Part shown: positions 9,684 to 18,668 of the stretch, in pieces
Layout: each line of letters begins with the position of its first letter
Numbering within the stretch: the stretch's first letter is position 1
Sequence record: SRR20825019_171
Strand: one strand, 5' to 3'
DNA: 42,193 nucleotides
The notes under the pieces: model-generated
Databases searched by the model: none
What the model was told of the DNA's origin: nothing
The model's input: the letters and a program-made list of their open reading frames with translations, nothing else
Translations under genes and position numbers: made by a program

Positions 9684-10700
9684 TTAAATCAATCGGGTAT
9701 TTATTGTTTCAAGAAACTTCGATGGTTCATCAATGTGAAACATGAGTGTATTAAACTGTTTCTTCATTCCGTATAGCCCAACTAATTGATTTTCATTTTT
9801 TAACCAAAGAATCATATTGTGACTTTCAAGCTCTCCAAGTGGAGAAAGCGTTTTGGTTAATGGAGTCTTTTCGAGTGATTTTGTAGATTGTTCAATACGC
9901 TCAATTTCAGAAAATGGAACTTCCACTTCGTTTAAAATTCCATACCTAAACGTTACGCTATTTTCATTAATTGAAATTGGACGTTGGGAAAGCGATTTAG
10001 CAAAGCCAATTACTTGAATCGCAGTGTAAATGCTCAGTCCTGAAAGAATCCAAGCGGTAATTGGACTCCATCCAATAAGAACAAAGTGGAGCGCAATAGT
10101 TTCGATGAGGATAACGAATACAAAAGCGAAGAATAGTGCTTGAGATCCGCTGTTCTTATGATGCGTAAATTCATTTTCTCTTGTCGTTCTCTTTCTCCAA
10201 TTCACAAATCCGTAGTACATCACGGCAATTTCAGTAGTTACTGGATGTACCACTTTTCTTGGTAGAATCTCCGCACATGTTTCCTTTAAAATAGAGTAGA
10301 AATCCACTGACGCTGTTGAATCTTTTAGTGACTTGTATTTAATACGCGCCTTACGAACCTTAAAAACAACATAGGAAAAAATGGAAAGTTCAATTATCGG
10401 AAGAATCCAAAACTTAAAAAGATCCAAATATTGTTGGTTTTCTTTTGGTAAAAAGTATGTCCCAAGTACCAATCCAAGGATCATGATAGGAACGACCGTT
10501 GTTTTTGGTATAGCCGTTTTACGAATCAATAAAAAGTATACCAGAGGAATCGTTAAAACTAAATCGACCGATATTACCAAAGAAACATCGCTGTTTTCAG
10601 ATGTAAAGGAAGATTTCATTAGAAAGACCAATGAAATTAGCATGAGCAATGTAATTCCTAGTGCAAAAAAGACTCTTGATTGATTGGCTGTTTTGGTCAT
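9684..10700 (-). CDS. Hypothetical multi-pass membrane protein
   Basis: 338-aa ORF with about six hydrophobic segments and a soluble C-terminal domain. Confidence 0.75.
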   Translation of the reverse strand: MTKTANQSRVFFALGITLLMLISLVFLMKSSFTSENSDVSLVISVDLVLTIPLVYFLLIRKTAIPKTTVVPIMILGLVLGTYFLPKENQQYLDLFKFWILPIIELSIFSYVVFKVRKARIKYKSLKDSTASVDFYSILKETCAEILPRKVVHPVTTEIAVMYYGFVNWRKRTTRENEFTHHKNSGSQALFFAFVFVILIETIALHFVLIGWSPITAWILSGLSIYTAIQVIGFAKSLSQRPISINENSVTFRYGILNEVEVPFSEIERIEQSTKSLEKTPLTKTLSPLGELESHNMILWLKNENQLVGLYGMKKQFNTLMFHIDEPSKFLETINTRLI

Positions 10701-10819
10701 TTCGTACAGATTAATTTAAACTTCAGGCACGTGAAATTTCGCAACTCGAAGATACTGAAAACGAACAGTTTTCCCTCATAAAAGCATCAAGAAAAACGTA
10801 CAATCACCTCTCTCAATCG

Positions 10820-10851
10820 CTCCTTCACTTCGACAGGCTCAGTGTACGGAG
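10820..10851 (+). repeat. REP-like palindrome of the CTTCGACAGGCTCAG type
   Basis: CTCC-TT-CACTTCGACAGGCTCAGTG-TAC-GGAG; shares core CTTCGAnAGnCTCAGT with the copy at 15882. Confidence 0.65.
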
Positions 10852-10884
10852 AGAAGTAGTACTCGTTTGTAGACACATGAAAGT

Positions 10885-11319
10885 TCACTGGTCAATTAAA
10901 TCCTTTTCACAACGTTCCTTCAACGCTTGATTCATAGATCTAAAGCCTTCCACAATTTCACTGTCTAGTTTTTTCTTCATCATTCCCACGAGTATTCCGC
11001 TAAAAGATTCCTTTTGAATCATCGTTGTTGAACCATCCTCATTTTCCTGAAATAAAAATGTGTGTCTTCCGTCAAAAACTCCTGTGAATAGTAGTTTTCC
11101 TAACCAAGTGAACTCTTCCTTTGGTTTCAGTACTTTCACAGTTGGACTGAACTTCATTGTCCCAATCTCAGCCTTAAACTTTTGATTAAGCAAAATTTCG
11201 CCTGAAATTGATTTGATAAACGGATTCCAACTAGGGTAAGATTTAAAGTCGAAGAATTCTCCCCATACCTTTGTTAGAGGTGCGTTAATGGTAATTGTTG
11301 TGCTGATTTCATGTTTCAT
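10885..11319 (-). CDS. SRPBCC (polyketide cyclase/START-like) domain protein; start moved to ATG 11319
   Basis: ITINAPLTKVW..FFDFKSYPSWNPFI...GVFDGRHTF...GFRSMNQALKERCE. Confidence 0.85.
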   Translation of the reverse strand: MKHEISTTITINAPLTKVWGEFFDFKSYPSWNPFIKSISGEILLNQKFKAEIGTMKFSPTVKVLKPKEEFTWLGKLLFTGVFDGRHTFLFQENEDGSTTMIQKESFSGILVGMMKKKLDSEIVEGFRSMNQALKERCEKDLIDQ

Positions 11320-11369
11320 AACTGTTATCTTTTGTGTGAAACAAAGATCATCAGATGAAAAAAGGTGAC

Positions 11370-11387
11370 TCTTGACAAATATCAAGA
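11370..11387. promoter_or_regulatory. Fnr/Crp-type box
   Basis: TCTTGA-CAAATA-TCAAGA with perfect 6-bp arms (cf. FNR TTGAT-N4-ATCAA); overlaps the Crp/Fnr stop codon. Confidence 0.65.
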
Positions 11388-11951
11388 AATCGATTTGGCT
11401 CTAATTCGACTGAACGTTTCTGGAGTCATTCCTAAGAGCGACGCAAGGTATTGTAAAGGCACTTGATTGAATAGCGCACGGTTCGACTCGTAGAAAGCAT
11501 TGTAGCGCTCCTCAGCGGTCATTGAGATGAAACTAAGAATACGATCTTCCATCGTCATGAAACATTTTGCAATGAATAGTTTTTCAATCTGCGACCATTC
11601 TGGAATTTCTTGCTGAATTCGACGGTAATCTGCAGGACTGAGGGTGTATAGTTCACAATCGGTGAGTGCTTGAATGGAGACGCGAGAAGGTTGATTGAAA
11701 ATCATCGCGTTTATATCTGCCGTAAACTCTCCTGGAGATGAAATCCATTGTGTCACTTCTTTTTTATCAGTTTGCTTGTAAACTCTAAGAAAACCAGCTT
11801 TTACAAAGCTTAAATTACCGTTTCTTGAACCTAATTCTGTATGGAATTCATTGCGTGGAAGCACATCTTCTGTAAAGAAACGTGCCAATTTCTCAGATAG
11901 CGCTTGATCAGTATCGAAATACGCATTGATGTATCCAGTAAGTTCCGTCAT
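11382..11951 (-). CDS. Crp/Fnr-family transcriptional regulator; probable start ATG 11951
   Basis: cNMP-fold FVKAGFLRVY...PSRVSIQALTD; TAEERY...VPLQYLASLLGMTPETFSRIR HTH; the TTG at 11972 lies inside a TATATTTG promoter box. Confidence 0.9.
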   Translation of the reverse strand: MTELTGYINAYFDTDQALSEKLARFFTEDVLPRNEFHTELGSRNGNLSFVKAGFLRVYKQTDKKEVTQWISSPGEFTADINAMIFNQPSRVSIQALTDCELYTLSPADYRRIQQEIPEWSQIEKLFIAKCFMTMEDRILSFISMTAEERYNAFYESNRALFNQVPLQYLASLLGMTPETFSRIRAKSIS

Positions 11952-12350
11952 TGCGAGATCTTTTTGATCCAAATATAACTACTTCATAAGTAGAAGTTTG
12001 TTGCATTGTTTAAGAAATTGGTTGTGTATTGAGATCTTGGATCTTGATAATTTCAATTAACTCAATAATCATAACTTATGAGATACTCAATTCTGTTGGG
12101 GGTAAGGGCAGCATCGTATCCACGCCGTTGAGTCTATGACGCGATCGTTCGGAGCTATATTCAAAAATTCATTAAAAATGCGTCGATGTCAATCATTTAA
12201 AATGAACTGCTTTGTCTAACAAGAAGGATTTTTTTTCGCTTAAGACGGTCTACTTCACCCTTTGAAGGGGGATTGAGGGGGATGACAAAACGATCATTGA
12301 GTTACTTCATTTACATCTCCCGAATAAACATCGATCAATAGAAAGGGTTG

Positions 12351-12413
12351 ATAGCCCTGATTGCAGCGGCATCCTCCTGAGATTTATCATCAGGAGATAC
12401 AGCGAAAAGCAGG
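12351..12413 (+). ncRNA. Structured repeat resembling the Flavo-1 RNA motif
   Basis: ATAGCCCTGATTGCAGCGGCATCCTCCTGA-loop-TCAGGAGATACAGCGAAAAGCAGG with nested stems; related inverted copy at ~20300-20360; family name from recall. Confidence 0.6.
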
Positions 12414-12488
12414 TTCTTGGCTTCCTATTACCTATTTCAGCTGCTTAGGTACACTTCAGATCAAAATCAACTGACTATCTTTGAATCC

Positions 12489-14321
12489 ATGAATGAATTG
12501 CATCCGCACCAACAAAAAATGCTCGACTGGATTTCACTGGAAGTTGATGAGCAAAACAGCAGATACCGAGTAGAAGGTGGGCAAGGACTAAAGTTTCTGA
12601 GATCTGTAGGTGCGTTGATTCATCCGTTAAACCTTACGCGAAAATCGTTTGGTTATGCCGATTACCCCGAGATTTCATTTCGGATTCCGTATCCATGCGA
12701 TACTTCGAATTTTAAGGACAACGCTGCGATTGAATGTTTTATCGAAGGTGAAGATCCCGTGAAGGGAATTATTCTGTATAACGAAGGTAAATCGGTGAGT
12801 GTTCGATTGTATGCACCAGATTTCCCAGATTGGATTGAAGATAAAGGTGTTGGAATCAAGTTGGCAGTTGATCACTATTCGAGTGAATGCATGTCTGAGG
12901 CGGTTCGAGCAATTTCTGGCGATTCAAGAATGCGTCAATTGTTTGGGAATATTCATGGAGTTTCCAAGTTTGGATCAGCTCCAATGAGTGATTCGCCGAT
13001 AGATTTCTTTAACTCGAACCTGAACGAAAGTCAACAAAATGCGGTTCGTGCTATGCGCGAAAACGAAGAACTCGTAATTCTTCACGGGCCTCCAGGTACA
13101 GGCAAAACAACTACTTTACTTGAAGGAATACTTCAACTGGTTAAGCAAGGCAAAAGGGTAGTGGTGACTGCTCCAAGTAATACCGCAGTAGACAACGTGG
13201 CTAAAGGACTAACACACTACGGAACGAATATTCTTCGCGTTGGAAATACGGTAAAAGTAGACAGCGAAATCTATCCCCATACCCCAGAAGGAAAACTCCA
13301 AGATTCGAAAGAACGAAAGGAGATCAAAAACCTTAAGATTCGTGCGGAAGAGCTCCGTAAAATGGCAGTTCAATACAAGCGAAGCTTTGGTAAATCTGAA
13401 CGTGAGCAACGTAGTTTACTTTTTAGAGAAGTAAAATCCATTCGGAAGGAAATTCGCGATATCCGTGAATATGCCGAGGAGAAACTTTTTGAGAATGCCG
13501 AGGTTATTTTAGGGACTCCCATTGGAATTCTCAATTCAATGAAGAAAAAAGAACTTTTCGATGTATTAGTGATGGATGAAGCAGGTCAATGCCTAGAACC
13601 AATGGCTTGGGTGGTTTTTTCATTCGCGAAATCATGGGTGTTGACGGGAGATCCCTTCCAATTGCCTCCAACTGTTTTATCCAACGGTGCAGAAGGACAG
13701 GGGATGAATGTTTCCATTCTTGAATCTGCGTTTAAAAATTGCGAGGATATTTATTTTTTAGATACACAGTACCGCATGAGAAGTGCAATTGCCGAATTTT
13801 CCAATCAATATTTCTATGAAGGAAAGTTACGCACACCTGACAATCAATCGGATCTAGCCAAGCATGTTTTGTTTTTTGATACTGCTGGAACAGGCTTTGA
13901 AGAAGAATCTGGAGCGGAGGGTACAAGTTTGAGCAATCCTGGAGAACTCGACTTAATTCAAAAATGGATCGCAGAGAATAATCCCAAGTTGTCAAAAGTA
14001 GCGGTTATTTCACCTTATTCAGGGCAAGTGAATCAGGCGAAAGATCTCCTGCCAAAAGAAATTCGAATTAGCACCGTGGATAGTTTTCAGGGGCAGGAAA
14101 TGGAAACTGTAATTTTATCATTGGTGAGGTCTAATTCTGATGCGAATGTCGGATTCTTGAAGGATTATCGGCGCATGAATGTAGCTATGACAAGAGCTAA
14201 AGAAAAGCTAATTGTAATTGGCGATAGCGCAACCATTGGGCAAGATTCATTTTACGCGCAATTTCTTGAATACGTGGAGAAAGTAGATGGGTATCACAGC
14301 GCATGGGAACTTATGGGTTAG
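12489..14321 (+). CDS. Superfamily 1B Upf1/IGHMBP2-like helicase (AAA_11/AAA_12); probable start ATG 12489
   Basis: GPPGTGKT, APSNTAVDN, DEAGQ, GDPFQLPP, QYRM, TVDSFQGQE and RRMNVAMTRAK motifs; TATCTTTG promoter box at 12476-12483. Confidence 0.93.
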   Translation: MNELHPHQQKMLDWISLEVDEQNSRYRVEGGQGLKFLRSVGALIHPLNLTRKSFGYADYPEISFRIPYPCDTSNFKDNAAIECFIEGEDPVKGIILYNEGKSVSVRLYAPDFPDWIEDKGVGIKLAVDHYSSECMSEAVRAISGDSRMRQLFGNIHGVSKFGSAPMSDSPIDFFNSNLNESQQNAVRAMRENEELVILHGPPGTGKTTTLLEGILQLVKQGKRVVVTAPSNTAVDNVAKGLTHYGTNILRVGNTVKVDSEIYPHTPEGKLQDSKERKEIKNLKIRAEELRKMAVQYKRSFGKSEREQRSLLFREVKSIRKEIRDIREYAEEKLFENAEVILGTPIGILNSMKKKELFDVLVMDEAGQCLEPMAWVVFSFAKSWVLTGDPFQLPPTVLSNGAEGQGMNVSILESAFKNCEDIYFLDTQYRMRSAIAEFSNQYFYEGKLRTPDNQSDLAKHVLFFDTAGTGFEEESGAEGTSLSNPGELDLIQKWIAENNPKLSKVAVISPYSGQVNQAKDLLPKEIRISTVDSFQGQEMETVILSLVRSNSDANVGFLKDYRRMNVAMTRAKEKLIVIGDSATIGQDSFYAQFLEYVEKVDGYHSAWELMG

Positions 14322-14464
14322 TCCAGTTTCTAAATATTAAATTGCACATTGAGATTAATCAGTCGTTTAAGTTATTTAGTCATTCATCGATTAAAATGCC
14401 GAGAATATCGTAAAAACGCTCAAGTATTTAATTAGTTTTAGATGCTTATATCGTAACTCCCGCA

Positions 14465-15811
14465 ATGAAGTCCGTTTCAAGAAGCGCCATTTATACACTT
14501 TTAACTCAAATTCCATCCCAAATTTTTGGCGTAATAGCTGGTGTTTTCATAACGCGAATGCTTGGTCCAGAAGGACGAGGTGTGTATGCATTATTCTTCG
14601 CTGACATCACTTTATTATCCGTCGTTTTTGGCTTTAGTTTAGGTACTTCAATCACTTTTTATATTTCCAATCAGCGAATCCCAAAAGAAAAGATTTTAGG
14701 ACTAACCATTCTGCTGTCCTTGGTTACCGTTTTCCTAAGTTTAATTCTCTTACTAATTTGGTTAAACCTTCCGTTTTCGGACGTTCTCATGCCCGACGAA
14801 AACGTTACAATTCCATTCCTGACCATTTTCTGTTTGTTCATTATTATTAATCAAATTGATTTGGTTTACGCTTCTTTTTTTCAAGGTGAACAGAAATTTG
14901 GGATTGTGAATCGTGTTTTACTCATAAACAGTGGTCTAAGTCTTACTTTTTATGGCGTTTTATTTGTACTCCATTCCATGGAAGTAGTTACTGTTGGAAT
15001 CAATACCATTCTTCTAGTATCCTTGCTTATTATTACGATGAACGTGTTGCATTGGCACTATCACTATAAGAAGCATCTAAATTACAAAGTGGCATTTCAT
15101 TTTAGTTGGAAGAATGATATTAAGCCTTTCTTGCACTTTATGGGGTTGGATCATTTCGCCAATATTTTAACCTTTTTCAACGGGCGATTAGTGCTTTGGA
15201 TTATTGCGTATTACTATGCTGATGGTTCTGTCGGAATTTTTGCCGTGGCCTTGGGAATTACGCAATTGCTCTCGATGCTTTCAAATCCGCTTTCTCAGGT
15301 GCTTTTCCCTGTTATTTGGGCCGTTGATGCAAAAAAGCACTTAAGAACATACACGTTATTCAGTCGAGCGCATTTTTCTGTACTTCTTATCTGCGCAGTC
15401 ACGGGAATCGCATTTGCTGGAATTGCAATTCCTTGGATTTATGGCTCGGATTTCGAAGATTCCATTTTACCACTCCAACTAATGTTTATTCCCGCAATAT
15501 TCTCCTGTCAAACAAAGATTTTCACGGGAGTTTTGTTTGCTGAAAACAAAGTGAAATTCTATTTCTTTTCTGCCTTAGTGGGATTCGTTCTCACGTTGGT
15601 ACTTAACCTACTTTTTGTCCCAAGTTATGGAGTTGTAGGAGCCGCATGGGCAACGTCAATTTCTTTTTGTGCCACATTCGCAATTACTTATATTTCAATG
15701 ACTTTGTTTGTCGATTTACCTACGAATAATCTGTTTTTCCTTACAAAACAAGATTTCAAAGAAGTCATCTACAAGTTTACCTCGAAGGTGAAGAACGTAA
15801 GATCGAAATAA
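14465..15811 (+). CDS. MOP-superfamily polysaccharide flippase (Wzx-like)
   Basis: ITRMLGPEGRGVY, VGIFAVA, IPWIYGSDF and VPSYGVVGAAWATS motifs; about 12 TM helices. Confidence 0.85.
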   Translation: MKSVSRSAIYTLLTQIPSQIFGVIAGVFITRMLGPEGRGVYALFFADITLLSVVFGFSLGTSITFYISNQRIPKEKILGLTILLSLVTVFLSLILLLIWLNLPFSDVLMPDENVTIPFLTIFCLFIIINQIDLVYASFFQGEQKFGIVNRVLLINSGLSLTFYGVLFVLHSMEVVTVGINTILLVSLLIITMNVLHWHYHYKKHLNYKVAFHFSWKNDIKPFLHFMGLDHFANILTFFNGRLVLWIIAYYYADGSVGIFAVALGITQLLSMLSNPLSQVLFPVIWAVDAKKHLRTYTLFSRAHFSVLLICAVTGIAFAGIAIPWIYGSDFEDSILPLQLMFIPAIFSCQTKIFTGVLFAENKVKFYFFSALVGFVLTLVLNLLFVPSYGVVGAAWATSISFCATFAITYISMTLFVDLPTNNLFFLTKQDFKEVIYKFTSKVKNVRSK

Positions 15812-15872
15812 GGGCGGAAATCTTGTGATCCACTTTATTAATAACGTGAATATCGTTCATTAAAAAGGGAGC

Positions 15873-15958
15873 AACTGTGGACTTCGAGAGCCTCAGTCCA
15901 CAGTTACGCAATCAATAATACTAAGTCGAAAGCGGACTGAGACTCTCAAACCCCGCTT
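15873..15958. repeat. Inverted pair of REP-like palindromes
   Basis: AACTGTGGAC-TTCGAGAGCCTCA-GTCCACAGTT (15873-15905) and degenerate inverted copy AAGCGGACTGAGACTCTCAAACCCCGCTT (15930-15958), between convergent genes. Confidence 0.7.
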
Positions 15959-15975
15959 GGCTCATTAAAAATCTG

Positions 15976-16728
15976 TTAATTGAACTTTCTAAGCGTTGAC
16001 TTCAAAGAATCGTTAAAAATGTTTTTCGCGAATTTAGGTTTCTCCAAATCCATCATTCGGAAGTTGGTTTCATCATTCACTTGGAATTTTTTATCCTTAT
16101 TTGAATCGATAGCTAGTTTTATGAGAATGGAATGCGTTAAAGGATAAACGGTATAATCAATAAAGCTTTCTGTATCAGGTGTTATTTGAGTAAACGAAGT
16201 TCCATCTAAATTGGAAGTGTAAAGTAAAACCGGATCAAAGCTGTTGTATTTACCATCTTTGTTGTAATCTTTCTTAGCCACACGATAGAAAATAAGCGGC
16301 TGCTTGAATTCCTTATGAATGGCAAAGGACAGAATGTGAATTGAATCTTCTACAAGCGGATAAGATTGTCCTGTCATTAGGTTATAGAAAACCAAGTTGC
16401 GGATATCGAAATCATTCAGATTCTCGTTTACATACTCCACGTCAGCCGTACGATCAAACTTGAATACAGTAGACGAATTGGCATTAAAAACAACGGTGCT
16501 GTACGTGCCATTTAGTTGAGTATTATTATCATTGGGAGCTTCTATAATAGCTGGAGCATAACTACAGCCAACAGGGAAGATAGTAAGACTGTCTAATCCG
16601 CAATCCATCGGATCGCCAATAATAAGAGCATCACTTTTGTTGGACGCATTGGTTTTCCTCTCTTTTTTAGCAGGTGAGCAGGAAATTACGAAAGGAAGAG
16701 TGAAAAGTAGGAGGTAGTGAATTTTCAT
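15976..16728 (-). CDS. Lipoprotein with DxNxDG Ca-binding-like motifs
   Basis: Lipobox VISC; DYNKDGKYNSFD and DSNKDKKFQVND. Confidence 0.78.
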   Translation of the reverse strand: MKIHYLLLFTLPFVISCSPAKKERKTNASNKSDALIIGDPMDCGLDSLTIFPVGCSYAPAIIEAPNDNNTQLNGTYSTVVFNANSSTVFKFDRTADVEYVNENLNDFDIRNLVFYNLMTGQSYPLVEDSIHILSFAIHKEFKQPLIFYRVAKKDYNKDGKYNSFDPVLLYTSNLDGTSFTQITPDTESFIDYTVYPLTHSILIKLAIDSNKDKKFQVNDETNFRMMDLEKPKFAKNIFNDSLKSTLRKFN

Positions 16729-16917
16729 GATTTATTTTTTTTTGAAAATAAGATTGATTTTTTAATCTTTTAGCAGACTTAACCTAATTTAACAAGGTAG
16801 TTGAATCACGTAATCTCCACTACCAACTACACAAGTGTAAACCCCCGATTTTAACAGTTTCATAGGATAGTTTAGTGGTATTCCTTAGTATTACATCAAT
16901 ATAATTTAACACTCATC

Positions 16918-18363
16918 ATGAAAAAACATACTATTTCACTCCTAGCATTATTCTTGTGCTTATTCTCTATCAACTCTGCATTCTCTCAGAGCACATCGAG
17001 TAAAAAAAAGAAACAAATTCCTAAACCACAAGGCCTGAATGTGCAATTTCAAAATAATACTGGATTGCCAGATTCTTCCGTATTTATCACCATTCAAAAT
17101 CCTAATTTGGGAGCGAATGCGTTCAATGTATCCTATCTTCAGGGGACTAAGTACGTTCAGGTTGGGTTTAAGAACAAGACCGATTTAATGTCGAAATCAA
17201 TCTCTTTAGCAGAGATAAAAGGCTCTGGATTGTATGTCGATACGATTATCAGCGGAATCTTTTTTGTTTCGTACGGTTCTAAACTAAAATCTACGACTTC
17301 TGCTCCAAGTTATATTGGTGAAGGAGGAACAGATTATTATACCCCCTTTCAAAATTTCGAGTTAACACGACTAGGAAATCCTGGTGATCAAGGTGATTTG
17401 ACCGCGATTAACTATTTCACTGCACCGATGTCTATTCAAAGTTTTTCGGCTGCTGGAGACACGCTTCAAACGAAGGGATACACAGACTCTATTTCAATTA
17501 TTCGCGACAATTTAATCGCCCTAACAAACAGTAATAAAACCGCCGTAATTGTGAGTAAGGATAAGTCCACTTATATTCGTGTGATTGGTCCATCATCGTT
17601 TTCCGCTGGTCAAACAAACCCTTACCCTTCTTTTATCACATATTTGAATTCAATCCAGAATGCTAAGGATACCGCGACGATTCAAAATCACAATGCGTTC
17701 GTTGATACATGTAAGAATGCCAATAATTATGATTTCAGGTTGAATTTTAAGGCAACTGTTCTAGACTCTTCGATTCAAATGAAAGGAAGTATCGCAGTCT
17801 ATAAAACGGCTTTTGGAAAGACTACAAAATTGGACAAAACGTTTGATAACATTTCGCTGACTATAAATTGTCCTGACGATTCCGTTGGACTTTTGGATCT
17901 TGTTATTTATGGTCAAAGCATTAAGCATAATGTTGTTTTTGGATCAGGTTGGAATGCTGTTGAAAAGTACATGGACAGTGTTGTCCTTTCAAATACAGAT
18001 GCTTACGATATCACAAAGAGCCTAGCTATTGGCGAAATAACTACTGGATTCTTGCTTGGACTAATAAATAGTGATTCACTTTACGGTTCAGACACAATAA
18101 AGAATATGCCGAGTAATACTTGGTGGCAAATGAGCCCAATGAAAGCATTTTCTGATGTTGAGAGCAATCCATTGTTCTACAATCAATACGCAAACGTAAT
18201 TTACAAAGCATCAAATAATGAAGTTTATTCTATTCCTTACTCTGACAGATTGGGATCAGGTCCTTTGGTGAATTCTGTCAACTATAATGGAACTCCCGTT
18301 AGTAAGTGGATTGTGACATTGGATCCACCTTTGGGAAAAACTCCGCAAATATTAAGGAAGTAA
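16918..18363 (+). CDS. Secreted GH64 (beta-1,3-glucanase/thaumatin-fold)-like protein, divergent
   Basis: Signal peptide AFS|Q; collinear blocks FQNNTG, SGIFFVSYG, FELT, LTAINYFTAP, IRVIGP, YNQYANVI, YSIPYSD and VTLDP resemble recalled GH64 LPHase blocks. Confidence 0.7.
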   Translation: MKKHTISLLALFLCLFSINSAFSQSTSSKKKKQIPKPQGLNVQFQNNTGLPDSSVFITIQNPNLGANAFNVSYLQGTKYVQVGFKNKTDLMSKSISLAEIKGSGLYVDTIISGIFFVSYGSKLKSTTSAPSYIGEGGTDYYTPFQNFELTRLGNPGDQGDLTAINYFTAPMSIQSFSAAGDTLQTKGYTDSISIIRDNLIALTNSNKTAVIVSKDKSTYIRVIGPSSFSAGQTNPYPSFITYLNSIQNAKDTATIQNHNAFVDTCKNANNYDFRLNFKATVLDSSIQMKGSIAVYKTAFGKTTKLDKTFDNISLTINCPDDSVGLLDLVIYGQSIKHNVVFGSGWNAVEKYMDSVVLSNTDAYDITKSLAIGEITTGFLLGLINSDSLYGSDTIKNMPSNTWWQMSPMKAFSDVESNPLFYNQYANVIYKASNNEVYSIPYSDRLGSGPLVNSVNYNGTPVSKWIVTLDPPLGKTPQILRK

Positions 18364-18397
18364 ACTCTTCGATAACCGTTATTCTTTTCAAAAAGTT

Positions 18398-18439
18398 TCC
18401 ACAGGTGTTTTATTCGTATGAATCGCCTGTGGATTTTTT
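18398..18439 (+). terminator. Intrinsic terminator of the GH64-like gene
   Basis: TCCACAGG...CCTGTGGA followed by T6. Confidence 0.75.
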
Positions 18440-18508
18440 CTCAATAGGTTAGACGGAATGAATCAATTTTACCAATAGCTCCCTTTATCATTTCTTTGAT
18501 TCAGTTGA

Positions 18509-18581
18509 GCTTATCTTCTTAATCTCATACCGATTTAGAAATATCTTCAGTTTTCCAAATTATCAGGTAGAAATCGAAGAG
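18509..18581 (-). pseudogene. Decayed internal fragment of tmRNA (ssrA)
   Basis: 18509-18551 matches 19870-19912 at 39/43 (first 26 bp exact); 18549-18581 resembles 19939-19971; same orientation as ssrA. Confidence 0.8.
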
Positions 18582-18623
18582 TCAGTTATTAAAATTAACC
18601 AGTTTGATAGTCTTGAAAATAAC

Positions 18624-18649
18624 AAAAGCGAACCACATTTGTGATTCGC
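18624..18649 (-). terminator. Intrinsic terminator of the Cys-rich lipoprotein gene
   Basis: On - strand: GCGAATCAC-AAAT-GTGGTTCGC-TTTT. Confidence 0.7.
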
Positions 18650-18668
18650 CTTCCTTTTAATTTTTACG

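Noticed and set aside
12417..12488. N-terminal extensions in the ORF track (helicase; also Crp, SRPBCC, menE-like, thioredoxin, hydrolase, MBL, and the 26524 and 28148 ORFs)
   Set aside because: Mostly TTG/GTG starts that overlap promoter boxes or precede signal peptides; downstream ATGs fit better
17002..17009. A8 run early in the GH64-like CDS as a phase-variation site
   Set aside because: Short run in AT-rich DNA encoding Lys; the frame is intact and there is no other support
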